Assembly: GCF_006345805.1 (NCBI RefSeq)
Contig: NC_043004.1
Location: forward strand, 4,960,001-5,024,000
Length of the DNA: 64,000 nucleotides
DNA from: Octopus sinensis
Lineage: Eukaryota
Direction of reading: 5' to 3'
Shown here: positions 41,459 to 57,145 of the stretch, piece by piece
Layout of the letters: every line of letters starts with the position of its first letter
Numbering within the stretch: position 1 is the first letter of the stretch
The notes under the pieces: model-generated
Seen by the model: the letters and a program-made list of their open reading frames with translations, nothing else
Databases searched by the model: none
What the model was told of the DNA's origin: nothing
Program-made: the position numbers and the translations under genes

Positions 41459-44400
41459 TTAATAAGAAAAATGTGTAGAAGAGGCTTAAGATCAGACCTG
41501 ACAACCTCTGAGCATAATTACGTACCATTCTGACAATATGGCGGAATTGTATGGTAATTTCTCATTTTTCAAGAAAGAGGGGTCTGCAATTCCTTGCTGA
41601 GTAACCTGCACAAATGATTTGTTTATAGTGATCAAATGCATGTTCTGTACATTAACTCACCTGCCTCCATCAAATCAACCTTGCCTGAGCATTATGAGAT
41701 GAAGTGCTTTTGACCAAATGGTCAAAAATTAAATGAACAGCTTCCAAGTCAAAAGTGAAGTCCTCAAGAGCATCTTCCAAATGAACTTCCATGCATCCCT
41801 AACCAGCAGACTTCAATAAAGACTTGGAAAAAAAGCACTAATATGTTTTCTATAAACTTGAAAATATTGCTAACATTGACAACAAGTGTAGTATCTCTCT
41901 CATGGACTCATGACATTTCAAAATTATGCTTTTAAAATCCAAGAGTACGACACAACAAAATACCTAATGAACAAAAGAGAAGGGGAAGCCCTTAAAATTT
42001 AAAACACAACCTAAATGTTGATTATGTTCACAATCCTTGGAAGATATTAGACACAGGGGTCAGCAGTTGCTCCCAAATGTCATTAACTCTTAAATTTGAA
42101 TGCCACAGACACCAGCATGTCACCAAATCTTGATTCACATGAAACAGCAATTCAAATAGTGTTGTAGTTGAATTGAGATCAAAAAGTGGAACTAGGCAAT
42201 CTTCTGTGCAAAAAACAAAGTTTAGTCTCATTTTAGAAAGAACTTCTGGTCAATAGACTTCTTGTTTGCACCATGCTTAATTCTACATTTTATCAACTAA
42301 ATTTTACCAAATATTTTTCCCTTTATTTCCAAGCACAATGGTGGTTAATACTCCAAGCACTGAGGTAGAATCCACTGGAATATTTTTATTAATCATTAAT
42401 TTATTATTATTTATTTACTTAGGATTTAATCTGAAAATTACTGTATAGTGCCCTTTGGATTACCATTAATACGAAGGGGAGTAACTATCGCCTCACACTA
42501 TGTAACAGGATTAGAAATTTGAATATGAAATCAAGGAATAAAAAAAAGGACACAAAGAGTTCTCATATATATAAATATAATTTAAATTCTTTTTCTACTA
42601 CTATTATCTATAGTGAAATTCTTACAATTTCTAGTAATTGGTAATCGTGTATAGTACTGTTTCATCCTTTTTAGGAATTTCCAGCATGACTTAACCTGTA
42701 AATTTGTTAATTAGATATGGTACAAATAGAAACTTTAGAGTAAACTATGTGTAATCAACTTTACTGTATTCAATTAACCTAGACATATGAAAGGATATGG
42801 CAACAGCTAAAAATCAGTAACAGGAGAAATCACATTCAAAGTGTATATTAACACTCATTATATCATCCAAATTCATGAAATGGTTATATTTTTTATGACT
42901 TTTATACTAAACATATTGCATTCCATGAAAAAACAAAAAGCCCGAAAAGCCCTAATTTTTAACATGATTGAGAGATCTCTAAAGAGAAAATGCTACAGAA
43001 TTTTAAGGTTCTACTTCCCTGTGTCACATGCTATCATTACTGAAACAATATATGATGCGGTTCATAAGAAAACCTATCCAGGAATAATATAGGAAATATT
43101 TCTGCTGTTGAATACATGTGTATCCTGAACAGTACCTCACATACGCCACAACACAAATACATACACAGCCACTAACACTACTTATACACACACACATGCA
43201 CAAGAATGTACACCCACCAACACAGAGCCACTTGCACACATGCATTTTCTTACTCAACTACACACCTTTTTCCTATCACAGCCAGTTTCTCCTTGCTTCA
43301 CGACTATTTAACACCTTCGTACTTTGCTTGAATACTGTATTCTACACTTTCCCTGCCACCAACACTTTAGCTTGCAAACTCACACACACACATTTCCTGT
43401 TCTCCTCATCTCACTACCTCACCTCCAATTTGCACTCCTGCCAAAAGAGTTCTCCTTTTCCTCTCTTCCTGCCTTTCTTATTTTCACCACACAACCACCT
43501 AACTTCGACACACTTTGCACTCCACTTGCTTCAGCTGTTTCCACCCCACTGCATAATTTAGCACTGAATTTTACCAATTTATCATCTTTGAACTCTTAAA
43601 ACTTTCCAACTGTGAAAAAATGTCTCAAAAACACTTCTCTTTATCTCTTCTGTTTTAAACCTTTTACATGTTCATACACCTTTCCTCACTTTTTTTTATA
43701 TTCTATCAGCTTTAGTTGTCTTTGATTTTAAGTTTCCTTTGTCAATGCTTATTCAAACAGTTTCAAATCCATTTTCAAAAGTTTATGAAGGAAGACTTAT
43801 AATAAACAAATATATTTCTGATATAATACTGAGTTTTTTGTTGAATAATAGACTCCTTGAATTTTTTCAAGAACTGCAGTGCCAGTACCATGATAAAAGT
43901 ATTCAGTACACTCTGTAAAGTGGCTGGCATTAGGAATGGCATCCAGCCATCAAAATCATGCTAAAACAAACGCTAGGGTTCGATACACTCCTATGGTTCA
44001 CTGAATTCTTTTCAACCAGCATGAGAGACAGATATTAAATGATGATGATATATACATATATATATATTTACACACACACATGTAGATTTATATGTATATA
44101 TACACATACACACGCAAGCACATGCACACATACATGCACACACACACATACACACAAACATAACAGGAAATGGATGCTATGTTGGTTTAGCTGCTGTAAT
44201 TTTCAGTTGTCCATTTAACTGAGATGCTATTCAAAGAATTATAATGTGGTTCAGCTCACAACTGTAAAGTCTTGAGTTCAATGCCTACAGATGCATCGTG
44301 TCCTTGAGCAGGACACTTTATATCACATTGCTCCAATGCACTCAGCAGGCACAAATGAACTGTACCTGTATTTGAAAAAGGGCCAGCTTTGTAATATTCT

Positions 44401-45004
44401 GTGTCGTACTGAATCTCCCTGAGAACTACATTGAGAGTATGTTCTGTGGAGCGCTCAGCCAGTTGCACATTCATTTCACGAGCAGGTCATTCCATTGATC
44501 AGATCAGCTGGAATGTTCTTCATGGTAACCGATGAAGTGCCTGTGTGTATTCCCCAGACTAAACAAAATATAGAATGTGATAAAGATGGCATTTGCACTT
44601 ACACTTACTGTCCTTTACATTCCATATAATGAATTCCATTCAGGAGTCCCAGCTCAACCGGAGGCCGTAAAAAAAGACATTTCCCATGTTACCCTGCAAT
44701 GTAATCAAATAACCAACCTCATCATAACAGTACAATCTTCTAAGGCCTTTAGTGGATTTCCAGCTCTTTATACTCTGAGTTCAAATTCTGCTGAGGTTGA
44801 CTCTGTTTTCCGTCATTTTCAGGATCAATAAAATAAGTAATTGAGCACTGGGGTGGATGCAATTGACTTAACCCTCCCTTAGAATTACTGGCCTTGTGCC
44901 TAAATTTGAAACCATTATTAGAGAGTTCTGAAAAGCAGCAAGATGGTGGAATCATTAACGCATCAGACAAAATACTTAGCAGCATTTCTTCTGGGTCTTT
45001 ATGT

Positions 45005-45630
45005 CATCATCATCGTTTAACGTCCGTTTTCCATGCTGGCATGGGTTGGATGGTTTGACCAAGGTCTGGAGAGCCAGTGGCTGCACCAGGCTCCAACCTG
45101 ATCTGGTAATGTTTCTACAGCTGGAAGGGCATCCAGCTGTAGATGCCCTTCCAGATGCCAACCACTCCAAGAGTGTAGTGGGTGCTTTTTATGTGCCACC
45201 GGCACAGGAGCCAGTCAGGCAGGCCTGGCATCAATCACGTTCGAATAGTGCTTTTTATGTGCCACCAGCATGGGAGCCAGTCAGGTGGAACTGGCATTGG
45301 CCACATTCAGCTGATGCTTTTTACATGCCACCAGCACGAGAGCCGGTCAGGGGGTACTGGCATCAGCCACGTTCAGATGGTGCTTTTTACGTACCACCAG
45401 CACGGGAGCCAATCAGGCAGACCTGGCAATGACCACATTTGGATAGTGCTTTTTATGTGCCACCGGCATGGGAGCCAGTCAGGGGACACTGGTCACAGCT
45501 ACAATATTGGTTATACTTGACTCAACAGGTCTTCTCAAGCATATCATATCGCATGACGCATCAGGGGTACTCTTAACTGGGCCGGACATGTGTGGCTGTG
45601 ATTTCACATTAGTTGCCAGGTCTTCTCAAT
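45005..45630 (-). mobile_element. SINE-like family E with (GAT)n tail and an internal 66 bp tandem repeat
   Basis: catcatcgtttaacgtccgttttccatgctggcatgggttgg.. end shared with copies at about 22450-22595, 22990-23100, 43870-44050, 51790-51900, 57630-57850, 60170-60350 and 61330-61640. Confidence 0.75.
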
Positions 45631-46319
45631 GAGTTCAAATTCTGCCATGGTTGACTTTGCCTTTCATCCTTTTGGAGTCAATAAAATAAAAACCAGCTGA
45701 GCCCTGGGGGTCAATGTAATGTTAATCAATGTTACCTCTACACTTAAAACTATTAGTCTTACATCAGAATTTGAAACCATTATTTCTTCAGTACACTCTG
45801 AACTAAAAACCTCTCAAAGACAACTTTGCCTTCCATCCAAGTGAGGTCCAGTATAGTGAACAGGTAAGAGTTATAAGTGTCAGCTGTGATACCTGATCTT
45901 TGCATTTTTAGTTCTAGAGAGGTAAACTGAAATTTTCACAGGGTTTAAAACACCCACTGGCCTTGGGTACACTTAGAAAGGTTCACCATGCAGCAAGCAT
46001 TCAGGGCCAGATGACTTCCACACTTCCTTCCAACTCTCACAGACCCAGGACCAAACCATAAAAAAGTAGACAAACATTTAACCACACAGGTCCCATATAT
46101 GTGTATGTGTGTATGTGTGTGTGTGGGGAGGCTGAGTATGGTTGAATGCTTACATACAGATAGACGGATAGGTAAATAGATGTGTGTGTGTATTTATATA
46201 GGTATAATTATATTTTATATTTTATAATTATATTTAAATATAAATTAACCAATATGGTCTTGTTATTACGCTGGCCACTGATAAATCATTAAATAATGAC
46301 TCTATCCTAATTATGTATG

Positions 46320-46351
<32 letters not shown>

Positions 46352-46750
46352 CTTTTTTACTTGTTTCAGTCATTTGACTGTGGCCATGCTGAAGCACCGC
46401 CTTTGGTTGAGCAAGTGCACCTCAGGACCTATTCTTTGTAAACCTAGTACTTATTCCATTGGACTCTTTCGCTAAGTTATGGGGATGTAACACACTAGCA
46501 TCGGTTGTCAAGCGATGTTGAGGAGACAAACACAGACACACAAACGTATACACACACACACATATATATATACATACATATATATACGACGGGTTTCTTT
46601 CAGTTTCCGTCTACCAAATCCACTCACAATTCTTTGGTCAACCCGAGGTTATACAACTATAGACACTTGCCCAAGGTACCACACAGTGGGACTGAACCTG
46701 GAACCATGTGGTTGGTAAGAAAGCTACTTATCACACAGCCACTCCTATGC
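46352..46750 (-). mobile_element. SINE family B copy
   Basis: Full-length alignment to the other family B copies. Confidence 0.85.
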
Positions 46751-47014
46751 CTATATATGGAAAGAAAAAGTATATTCCCATGCAGAAAGAAATATAAGAG
46801 AATTTGTTTTGGGGTTTGGAAATGCATGACTGAATTTCCAATGATGTTCATTGGTTATGATCTTCACCAAACATTTACGTCTATATTATATCATCTATCC
46901 CTGTGAAATTCATTGAAATTTCTGTGAACATTTGAACACTTGTTGGTGTAAACATGTTTGCCCAATTTTTACCTTGGAATTTTAAACTCTCTTAAAGCCT
47001 TTATTTATATATTT

Positions 47015-47057
47015 GTACCACTGATAAGCAAAAAAATTGTCGAAACTAGTTTGGTAT
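47015..47057 (+). ncRNA. Decayed hammerhead motif (G8 to A)
   Basis: GTACCA-CTGATAA-GCAA..TTGTC-GAAA-C-TA-G-TT-TGGTAT. Stems I-III are present with one core substitution. Flanked by inverted segments 46794-46836 / 47114-47154. Confidence 0.6.
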
Positions 47058-47454
47058 GTGAATAAATCTGTTTCAAAATTTCAAAATTTAGAAACAACTA
47101 CACATTTTTTTTAGATTCAGGTGCATTTTCAAACCCCAAAACAAATCCTCCTATATGAATATATATATATACACACACACACATAAATATGAATACACAC
47201 ACACACAATATATATATATACACACACATATATATATACACATATATACATACACATATATATATACACATATATATATACATACACATATATATACACA
47301 CATATATGCACATATATATACACACACACATATATATATATATACATACCCATATATATATATACTTACACACATATATACACCACACACACACACACAT
47401 ATATTATATATATACACACACACACACACACACATACACTATATTTATATATAT

Positions 47455-47490
<36 letters not shown>

Positions 47491-48462
47491 CCTTAAATCC
47501 TTAAAAATGTTTTAGCCCGAAGGCCACGGCCATATATATATATATATTTCTTTTATCTTTTATCTTTAATTTGTTTTAGTCACTGGACTGCAGCCATGCT
47601 GGGGCACCATGATTATATAATATAGAAGCAATATTTTTACAGGTGGACGTCCTCCCTATCATTAACTTTTTAGTCTCTTTCCAAGTAAGGGATCTCTTTA
47701 TTCCACGATTCTTCAAAAACCCAAGTCAGCAGATGATTTGTCAACTATTTGTAACTCATGCAAAGCAACATTCACAGAGACATAAGCACGCACACAACAC
47801 ACACACACACACACACACACACCACACACACACACACACAGAGGCATATGTGTACAAATATATAAATATAATATATATGACTGTGGAGCACAACTTGTAA
47901 CTGAAGTTCAAGTTCAGCAGTTCGGGACAATGCAAAGCATCAATCCACATGTTTTTTGCTCAATACTGAAGAGGTGATGTGACAAAGTTATATGTTTCAA
48001 CAAGCAATTATGTAATCCTGGAAGTAGTTTGCCAAAATATGTGTGAGTTTTATAGAATGTGAAATATCATGTTTTCTATGTATATATATGTATGTGTGTA
48101 CATACACACATACACACACACACAAACATATTGCCAACATTTTTCACATCAAGTTTTCTAAGTTTGCAGAAGCCACATGAAATCTGTAGAAGCAGATTTT
48201 GTACAGCAGAATGGTCTTTCTGTTGCCAACTTTCACCTGTTTCCGAGCAGTTTAATACTTTAATACTTTTCCATAGCTAGACATGTTTTCCACAGAAGAT
48301 TATAAATAAGAGACCTCTACTGTACAGCAATGATACTCACTTACAATCATCATATGATGTCCAGACCACAGTGCACTTATACACACATGGGCACACAGAC
48401 AGACAGACACATAGATGGATACACAGATGGCTGGATAAGTAGATAGACATAGAGAGAGAGAA

Positions 48463-48531
<69 letters not shown>

Positions 48532-48640
48532 CATGGAAAGGACAGATAGAGAGATAGACAGATAGAGAGATAGACAAATAGAGAGATAGATAGACAGGCA
48601 CATAGATGGACAGACAGACAGATATCTATGTGTGTATAAG

Positions 48641-48938
48641 CAGTGGAACTTGGTTTACGAATTCAATTTATGCCTGAAGGCCATTTACCAAATGGAAATA
48701 TTCATAAACCAAAAGAAGGCACAGCAAATTCAAGCAAGAATATGCTCTGAGCAAAACAAAGTCTGACAGCAACTGATGCTCCCTTGCTTGCACTAACAGC
48801 TGGTCACCATTCATTGCTGATGCCTGGTATTTTTGTTACTTGACACGCTCTTTGTTACCCAAGGCATTTTATGTTAGGAAAATTCTTCATAAAATGATTT
48901 GTTCGTGATGACTGTCGTTCAAAAGCCAAGTTCAATTG
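48641..48938. mobile_element. Tigger/pogo-like MITE, degenerate
   Basis: cagtggaacttggtttacgaa ... ttcaaaagccaagttcaattg imperfect TIRs. Confidence 0.55.
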
Positions 48939-48949
48939 TTTATAGGTCT

Positions 48950-48951
48950 AC

Positions 48952-49009
<58 letters not shown>

Positions 49010-49270
49010 GATTATATGTATACATATATACATATATAACATATAACAACATATATATACACACATACATTAATATATACACATATATATGTACACATGT
49101 ATATACATACATACACATATATATACATAAATATATAAATATACACATATATATATATACAAATAAATATATCACACATATATAAATACATCAATATATA
49201 CATATACAATCATATATATACATAATATACATATATTATACTATAATGTATATAATGCATACATATATAG

Positions 49271-49302
<32 letters not shown>

Positions 49303-49553
49303 ATATATAATATATATATGCATACATATATATATGCATTTATATACATGCATACATATACACATATATATATGCATACATATACACATATTATATGCAT
49401 ACATATCATATATATATATATATATATATGTATATGCATACATATATATATATGCATACATATACATATGCATACATATAATATAAATATACATATATAT
49501 ATGCATAAATATATACATACATATATACTATATATACATATACATATATGCAG

Positions 49554-49589
<36 letters not shown>

Positions 49590-50181
49590 TATATATACAT
49601 CAACATATATACATAAACATATATACATCATCGTCAGTCGGGGCGGCGCTGGCATATATATGTATACATATACATATATATATATGCATACATATACATA
49701 TGCATACATATACATATATATACATATAAATATACGTATATATATATGCATAAATATATATATACATATATACATATATATACATATATATACATATACA
49801 TATATACATAAATATATATATACATATATGTATACATATATATACATAAACATATATACATATATATATAAACATATATACATATATATGTATACATATA
49901 TATATAAACATATATATATGTATACATATGTATATACATATATACATATATACATATATGTATACACATATATACAAATATATATATACATATACAAAAT
50001 ATACATATACATATAAACATATATATATGTATACATATGTATATATATATGTATATATATGTATACATATGTATAGATATACATATATACACATGTATAT
50101 ACACATACATATATACACATGTATATACACATACATATACATATATAACATATATATATATATACATGTAGATATATATAT

Positions 50182-50220
<39 letters not shown>

Positions 50221-50225
50221 TACAT
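48950..50225. repeat. Degenerate TA/CA microsatellite field
   Basis: Low-complexity dinucleotide sequence. Confidence 0.95.
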
Positions 50226-50235
50226 ACGCCAGGCT

Positions 50236-50281
50236 ACTCCAGACAAATGAAGGTCAATGACTCTGAAACTAGTCTCTGAGT
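50236..50281 (+). ncRNA. Decayed hammerhead motif
   Basis: ACTCCAGA-CAAATGA-AGGTCAATGACTCT-GAAA-C-TA-G-TC-TCTGAGT. The first core box has two substitutions; the stems are retained. Confidence 0.5.
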
Positions 50282-50431
50282 GCTGGCTTTCTGGATGGAG
50301 GTGCTTATCTCCCCTATAAGTGCGCAGTCCTCTAATGTGACATAGCCAACTAGAAACAGTGTTTCCTGGGGTTAAATAACAGTAGCATCCTTCCCTTTAC
50401 TGGGACTGCCACATTAAATTGGCAACCAACC

Positions 50432-50522
<91 letters not shown>

Positions 50523-50861
50523 TGTAAATATATAGCCCATATATATACATATATTCTTTTATTCTTTTACTTGTTTCAGTCATTTGACTGTGGCGATGCT
50601 GGAGCATCACCTTTTAGTCGAACAAATTGACTCCAGGACTTCTTCTTTGTAAGCATAGTACTTATACTATCGGTCAAGTTACAGGGACGTAAACACACCA
50701 GCATCGTTTGTCAAGTGATGTTGGGGGGGGGGACAAACACAGACACACAAACATATACATATGCATATAAATACATATGTACAATTTATAAGTAAGGGCA
50801 AAAGAAAAATTTTCTAATGCCAAAATATGCCAAAAATAGATATAACGTCAATAACCATGTA

Positions 50862-50986
50862 ATTTATCACTACAAGCACGCGTTTCGAAGAAAGCTGACA
50901 GAAATTTCTAAAAAATCCCGTTATTACCATATCGGACCCGATTTCAGAGTTAGTTCATAAGAACCTTCCCTTCATCAGTGATAAAT
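50862..50986 (-). ncRNA. Hammerhead-like variant
   Basis: Minus strand: ATTTATCA-CTGATGA-AG..TTC-GAAA-CGCGTGCTTG-TA-G-TGATAAAT. Both core boxes and an 8 bp stem I are present, but there is one extra G after the cleavage triplet and the stem II register is off. Confidence 0.5.
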
Positions 50987-51018
50987 GCGGCAAAAAAAAT
51001 AAGTGAAATACTTACTTA

Positions 51019-51067
<49 letters not shown>

Positions 51068-51142
51068 CATAATATATAATGCACGTAAATGCATACAATA
51101 CATATATATACACATAAATAATCACTATATATATTTATTATG

Positions 51143-51179
<37 letters not shown>

Positions 51180-51514
51180 ACACACAAAAATATACATATA
51201 TATACACACACATAAATATATACATTTATTTATATATATATAATATATATATTACACACATAAATATACATATATATATATATATACACCACAACACAAT
51301 ATAACATATATATATATACCACACATAAATATACATATATATATATACACACACACATAAATATACATATATATATATACAACACACATAAATATCATAT
51401 ATATATATATACACACATATACATATATATTATATATATACACACACATATAAATATAATATATATATATATACACACACATATAAATATACGTATATAT
51501 ATATATATATACAC

Positions 51515-51559
<45 letters not shown>

Positions 51560-52659
51560 ATAAATATATATATATATATATCTCATCATCATCATCATCA
51601 TTTAACGTCTGCTTTCCATGCTATAAATAAATATTTATATATAAATAAATAAATATATATATATATATATATGAAGGGTTTCTTAAAGTTTCCATCCACG
51701 AAATCCACTAACAAGGCCTTGGTTTGTTTGCAGTCATAGTCGAAGATATTTGCTGTTGGTGCTATACAGTAAGTTGGTGCCATATCTTCATCATCATTTA
51801 AGCATCCACTTTTCAATGCTTGGATGGATCAGACAGAATTTGTTGAGGCAGATTTCCTACAGCTGGATGCTCTTCCTGTCCCAACCCTATCAGTTTCCAA
51901 GTAAAATACTACTTCCCCCTGCCCACATCTTCGCACGGAATATTGGAAATGAAGGACAGTACCTGCATTACAGCGATACTTATTTACAATTATCATATGA
52001 TGTCAAGGAAATAAGAGAGTAGCACAAACATACATGCACATGCACACATCACACAAACACACACACACACATACACGTCAGGTTTCTTTTAGCTTCCATC
52101 TACTAAATCAACTCACAAGACTTTTGTTGGCTTGGGGCTGTAGAAGAAAATGCTTGCCCAAGGTGCCATGCAGCAGGACTGAACCCAGAATCATGTGATT
52201 AGGAAGCAAACTTCATAGCATACAGCCATGGCACAGGCTTTGCTGTGTACTTAAGAAGTTCAGTCCCCACTGCATGGCATCTTGCGCAATCACCTACATA
52301 AACATGTTTCAGCTTTATAGCACATCCAGAGTTAAGTCCCAGTGTGACAGGAAGCTATAAAATGTGAGACTAGTACTTAACACCATGTTCACAGTAGCAG
52401 AAACGGCTGTAAGCTAATGACAGTGATTACATAATTGCTCTTATGAAAAATAATATGAACTCCCCTTCTTTTGTCTTTCATTTATTCATGAATATTATGG
52501 CTCTGTACTTAACTTGTTTCATACCAGTCCGGAACAAGAGACATCAGTGAATTTACACCACTTTGCTACTGGACTTTAGTGATACTGTGCACTGTTAGTA
52601 TGAGAATATTGAATTCTAACAACTGGTTTTTGACCTTGCTATGGCAGATCAGAATTATA

Positions 52660-53015
52660 ATGTGTGTATGTTTTGTGTGTGTGTGTGTTTGTGTATGTGC
52701 ATGTGTTATATATACACACACAAATTCATAACCACATTTATATATAAATATAAACACACACACACACACGTGCACACACACACATGCACCCACACACACA
52801 CCTGCACACACACACACGCACACACACATACTATCTATATGTATGCATGAATATATACATAAATATACGTGTGAATATACGTTTGTATGTATGTATGTAT
52901 GTATGTATGTATACATATGTACAAATACATTTTTACACATATTTATTTATATTCATGTATGTATGTATACACAAACTTTATGTACATATCCAATACACAC
53001 ATATATCCATGTGTG

Positions 53016-53069
<54 letters not shown>

Positions 53070-53101
53070 ATATATAAATATACATATGTATACATGCATA
53101 T

Positions 53102-53156
<55 letters not shown>

Positions 53157-53556
53157 TTATAGATATATAGATACATAAAAAGATAGATAGATAGATAGAT
53201 GTGTGTGTATAAAGATTGGTAAGAAGAAAGGGATGCTTGCTTGTATATGTGTATGTATATATAAATATATAAATATATATATGCGTGTGTGTGTATGTAT
53301 ACAAACATAGACAGACAGGTAGATAAAGAGATATGTTTCTGCATTTATTCATGCATACACATATCAGAGAGAAAAGTGTTCCTGCACTTCTGTTTACATA
53401 CATGCGGTATGTCGGGTGTTTGTGAGTGTGTGTGTTTGTATATGCTATGCAAGTGCACATATGTATATGTGCATGTGTGTGTGCTCATGTGTAGGTAGCA
53501 CTCAAGATCACATTTTCACAAGCTACAGAGTATGTATATATATATATATATATTAT

Positions 53557-53592
<36 letters not shown>

Positions 53593-53837
53593 GGTATGTA
53601 TGTATATATGTGTATAATATATGCATATATATATATTGTGGTATATATATATATGTATATATATGTAGATATATATATGTATATATATGTATATGTATAT
53701 ATATGTAGATATATATATGTATATATGTATATATATAAATTTATATATATATATATATGTATATATTTATATATATATATATGTATATATGTATATATAT
53801 ATATATATATGTATATATATTTATATATATATATGTA

Positions 53838-53876
<39 letters not shown>

Positions 53877-53982
53877 ATGTATATATATATGTGTATATAT
53901 ATATGTGTGTATATATATATATGTATATATGTATATATGTGTGTATATATATGTGTATATATATATATATACATATACATAT

Positions 53983-54015
<33 letters not shown>

Positions 54016-54054
54016 CATATACATACATGTATATATATATATATATATACATAT

Positions 54055-54097
<43 letters not shown>

Positions 54098-54180
54098 ATA
54101 TACACATGTATGTATATATACACACACACACACACACACAACACACACACACACAACACACACACACACACACACACACA
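52660..54180. repeat. Degenerate TA/TG/CA microsatellite field directly downstream of the zinc-finger gene stop codon
   Basis: Low-complexity dinucleotide sequence. Confidence 0.93.
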
Positions 54181-54360
54181 TGATATCAGAGATAACAGTC
54201 CAGCTGTCAAAATAACTGAATGGGAAAGACAGAGAAACAAAGAAAGCAATATCGAGATGTGTGTTTGTAGTTGTTTGGAACGATTGACATACCGGGTGTA
54301 TGGGAGAAGTAATTTATTTCACCAAAAACTTTATGAGCACAGCCTAATCTCAAATCCACA

Positions 54361-55607
54361 TCAACCTTCTTTAAACTTCTTTTGCGCTGCCGATGCACTT
54401 GTTCCCCTGTTGGTGCAACGACGGCGTCTCTTGCTGCGGGAAGGCAGCCAATCTGCATCTGTCTGGTCATCTTTTGCACCGTCATCCTTTTCACTCTCCG
54501 AGAAGCCTGTGTTATTGCTGCTGTTACTACTACTATCACTATCGCTGTCTGTCGATGTGAACATGTAGGTGTCCTGCATGAGGGACACTTTGCTTCTGAG
54601 ATCGTCATGGCGTCTGCTGCTGCTGCTGCTGCTGCCCTCCAAGCGCCGGTCGGAATTGTTGCGGAAGTACTTAGTCACAATACTATTGGCTTTGCATTCT
54701 TTCGTCTCACTTACCATCTGCGTATTTTCCCGTAAGCTGGCCCCACGTGTGGCCGGTTGTCCAGTCCTGCCTCCTTCTTCATCATCATCATTTTCCTCCA
54801 GCTCCTCTTCCTCCTCCTCCTCCTCTTCCTCCTCTTCATCATTATCGACCTCTTCGGCTACACCTATCAACTGCTGCTCTCTCGCCACCTCCACTTCAGC
54901 AGCCGTGTCTTCCACTTCATCCTCAGCCTCATCATCTCCATCAACATCCTCATCAGCCACAATATCTTCATCCTCTTCCTCTTCTTCATCATCAGCCTCT
55001 TCCTCTTCTTCTGCTTCTCTTCTCGCTCTTTCTTCCTCTTGAAAGCTCTTGCTATCGGCACAGTTGTTGCTGTTATTGCTGCTGCTGCTGCTGCTGCTAC
55101 TACTACTGTTAATATTACTGTTACTGACAATATTCACACCACAAGTAATGTTACCATTGCTATTGTTGTCAGTGATGATGTTGCTGCAGTTGTTGTTGCT
55201 GTTGCTGCTATTGCTGCTACTGCAGTTAGCAGTAGAAATACTGGCTACAGTAGGTACTAAGTCATCAACAGTTACCAAAGCAACAGTGGAAACATCATCC
55301 TTCAGTTCATTTCCTGCAACATCACTATTATCTACAACACCACAATTTTTGGTAATGGCACAGACACTTTTTTGTGCCCTACTTTTCGAAGCAGTCTTTG
55401 TTCGCTTTTTCTGACTGCTTTTCGTATTTTTCCGTTGTTTCCGACCGCCAGACGTTCCATCTTTGTCGCCTAGTTTTTCAACACTGGAATCTTTGTCACC
55501 TTCAGAGTCACGGCATCGCTCTGTGAGAAAATTCACAGCATCTTCCTCCATACTTTCCGTAGTTTCATTAAGACCATGTTTCACTTTCTTGTGTCTATTG
55601 AGATTTC
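54361..55607 (-). CDS. ZNF710: Last coding exon of the ZNF710/ZNF366-like gene: end of the final finger plus a long acidic, low-complexity tail
   Basis: Acceptor ttcttcag|GA completes Gly, then [11 protein letters not shown] finishes the finger (LKGNLxRHxKVKHG as in ZNF710/366). The frame stays open for about 415 codons to TGA at 54363-54361 and coincides with ORF 54361..55584. Confidence 0.88.
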
Positions 55608-56699
55608 CTGAAGAAAATACAAGAGAAAAAGAAAATCCAAAATCAATTATACAAATAATATTCTGGTGCTAAGAAGCATTAAAATACTGAAATTAATCAT
55701 AGTATCAAAGTTCTAGCTTCAAGCTCACATCACAAACACCATAGCAGCGCTCTCTTCATTCTTTTCCAACACATACAGATTAGGGTTCTGTTCATACTTT
55801 TCTTTGACTGCTTGACAGAACAACTGAACAACTAGTTAGTTAATTGATTACATGGTTAACCAATTGACTAATAATAATAAAAGAAGTGAAATAAAACCAG
55901 TGCGTGTTTTCTACTGGCATAATGACCCTCTCAAGATACATTTGTTTCACATCACAAATCTTACAAACCAAATACAAAAACAAAATAACTGATGATTTAT
56001 TTAGCAAAAGACGTTTCTTGCTATAGTGATTATATAAATTGCAAATGATGATATGTAGCAAGTGGTGACATATATAATGATGATGGATGTGACAACGTCC
56101 TAAATTTCCCCAAAACAGAATTAACTCATAAGATTTTCTCCAGTCTAGTGACTAATCTGCTTCGGCAACTGCGATTGTGATAAACTTACCTCCCTTAGAT
56201 TAATAAATCTCAGTTACCTCCCTTGGTAACAGACGTTTAGAAAATTGCAATCTATCAACTGATGATAATTTTCGCAAAGATAATGAAAATTGTTATAATG
56301 CAAAAACAAGGTCTGTTATAGAGTTATCATTATTTGTTAGTGGAAAGGTCTCAACTCTTCAAAGCTTGCAGCCTGAACCACATCTCTACTTAAACCCATA
56401 TTCTCTGTCTTTTTCTTGTCCCTAAACTCTGCATTAATCATCACATGCAGTTCTTCCTTGCAAAGATCATTATTCAGGTCACACCACTCTTACTCTCTCT
56501 TCAAAACTTAATAAAAATTCTAGTAAATTTTCCTGGAAAATATATATGCACAGAATACAGACTATCTTCTATCAGTAGTTGTTTGGTAGAGACAACGTGG
56601 CTACACTGATAAGGTACTGAACTACCTAATCATGGGTCATGAGTTCAAATCCACTGCTAGAATGTCACTTCTTGACAGAATACTGCATAATAATGTATT

Positions 56700-56820
56700 A
56701 TTTTCCTGCTGGTCTATCCCAGATAATATTCATGTAAGTTCTGGTATCTTCAGTGAGCCAACTGAATTGGCAATACCAGAACTTATATGAATATTATCTG
56801 GAACAGACCGGCAGGAAAAT
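56700..56820. repeat. Intronic fold-back (about 47 bp arms)
   Basis: attttcctgctggtct..cagataatattcatgtaagttctggtat / ataccagaacttatatgaatattatctg..agaccggcaggaaaat. Confidence 0.75.
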
Positions 56821-57145
56821 TTATGCCATAAAACCAACCAGCACTTAGCACTGATCCTTAAAAACTTCTCATGACTTAGTAGTCTTCTTATCATTTTTTT
56901 TTTCAGCATATATACTTTACATATTTGAAATATGTGATGAAAAATTACAAGAATTTTCCTTCAGTCTTATCTAGCAAAACTTACTCCTGTTGTACAGAAA
57001 CATGTATGAATAGCTTCTGAGACATTGAGCGACCTCCAAATCTATACAGCAGTGATTCCATTGAAATTTGTTTTAGAGTAATTGCAAAATGTTAACAAAC
57101 GTTTACAAAATTTAGAAAAAAAAACTCAAAGAATAAAAGTCATAC

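Noticed and set aside
54382-55672. Plus-strand and alternative-frame ORFs over the last zinc-finger exon
   Set aside because: Antisense or off-frame shadows of trinucleotide repeats; only the 54361..55607 frame splices to the fingers.
56245-56285. CTGATGA..GAAA in an intron
   Set aside because: Stem III and the cleavage triplet cannot be formed.
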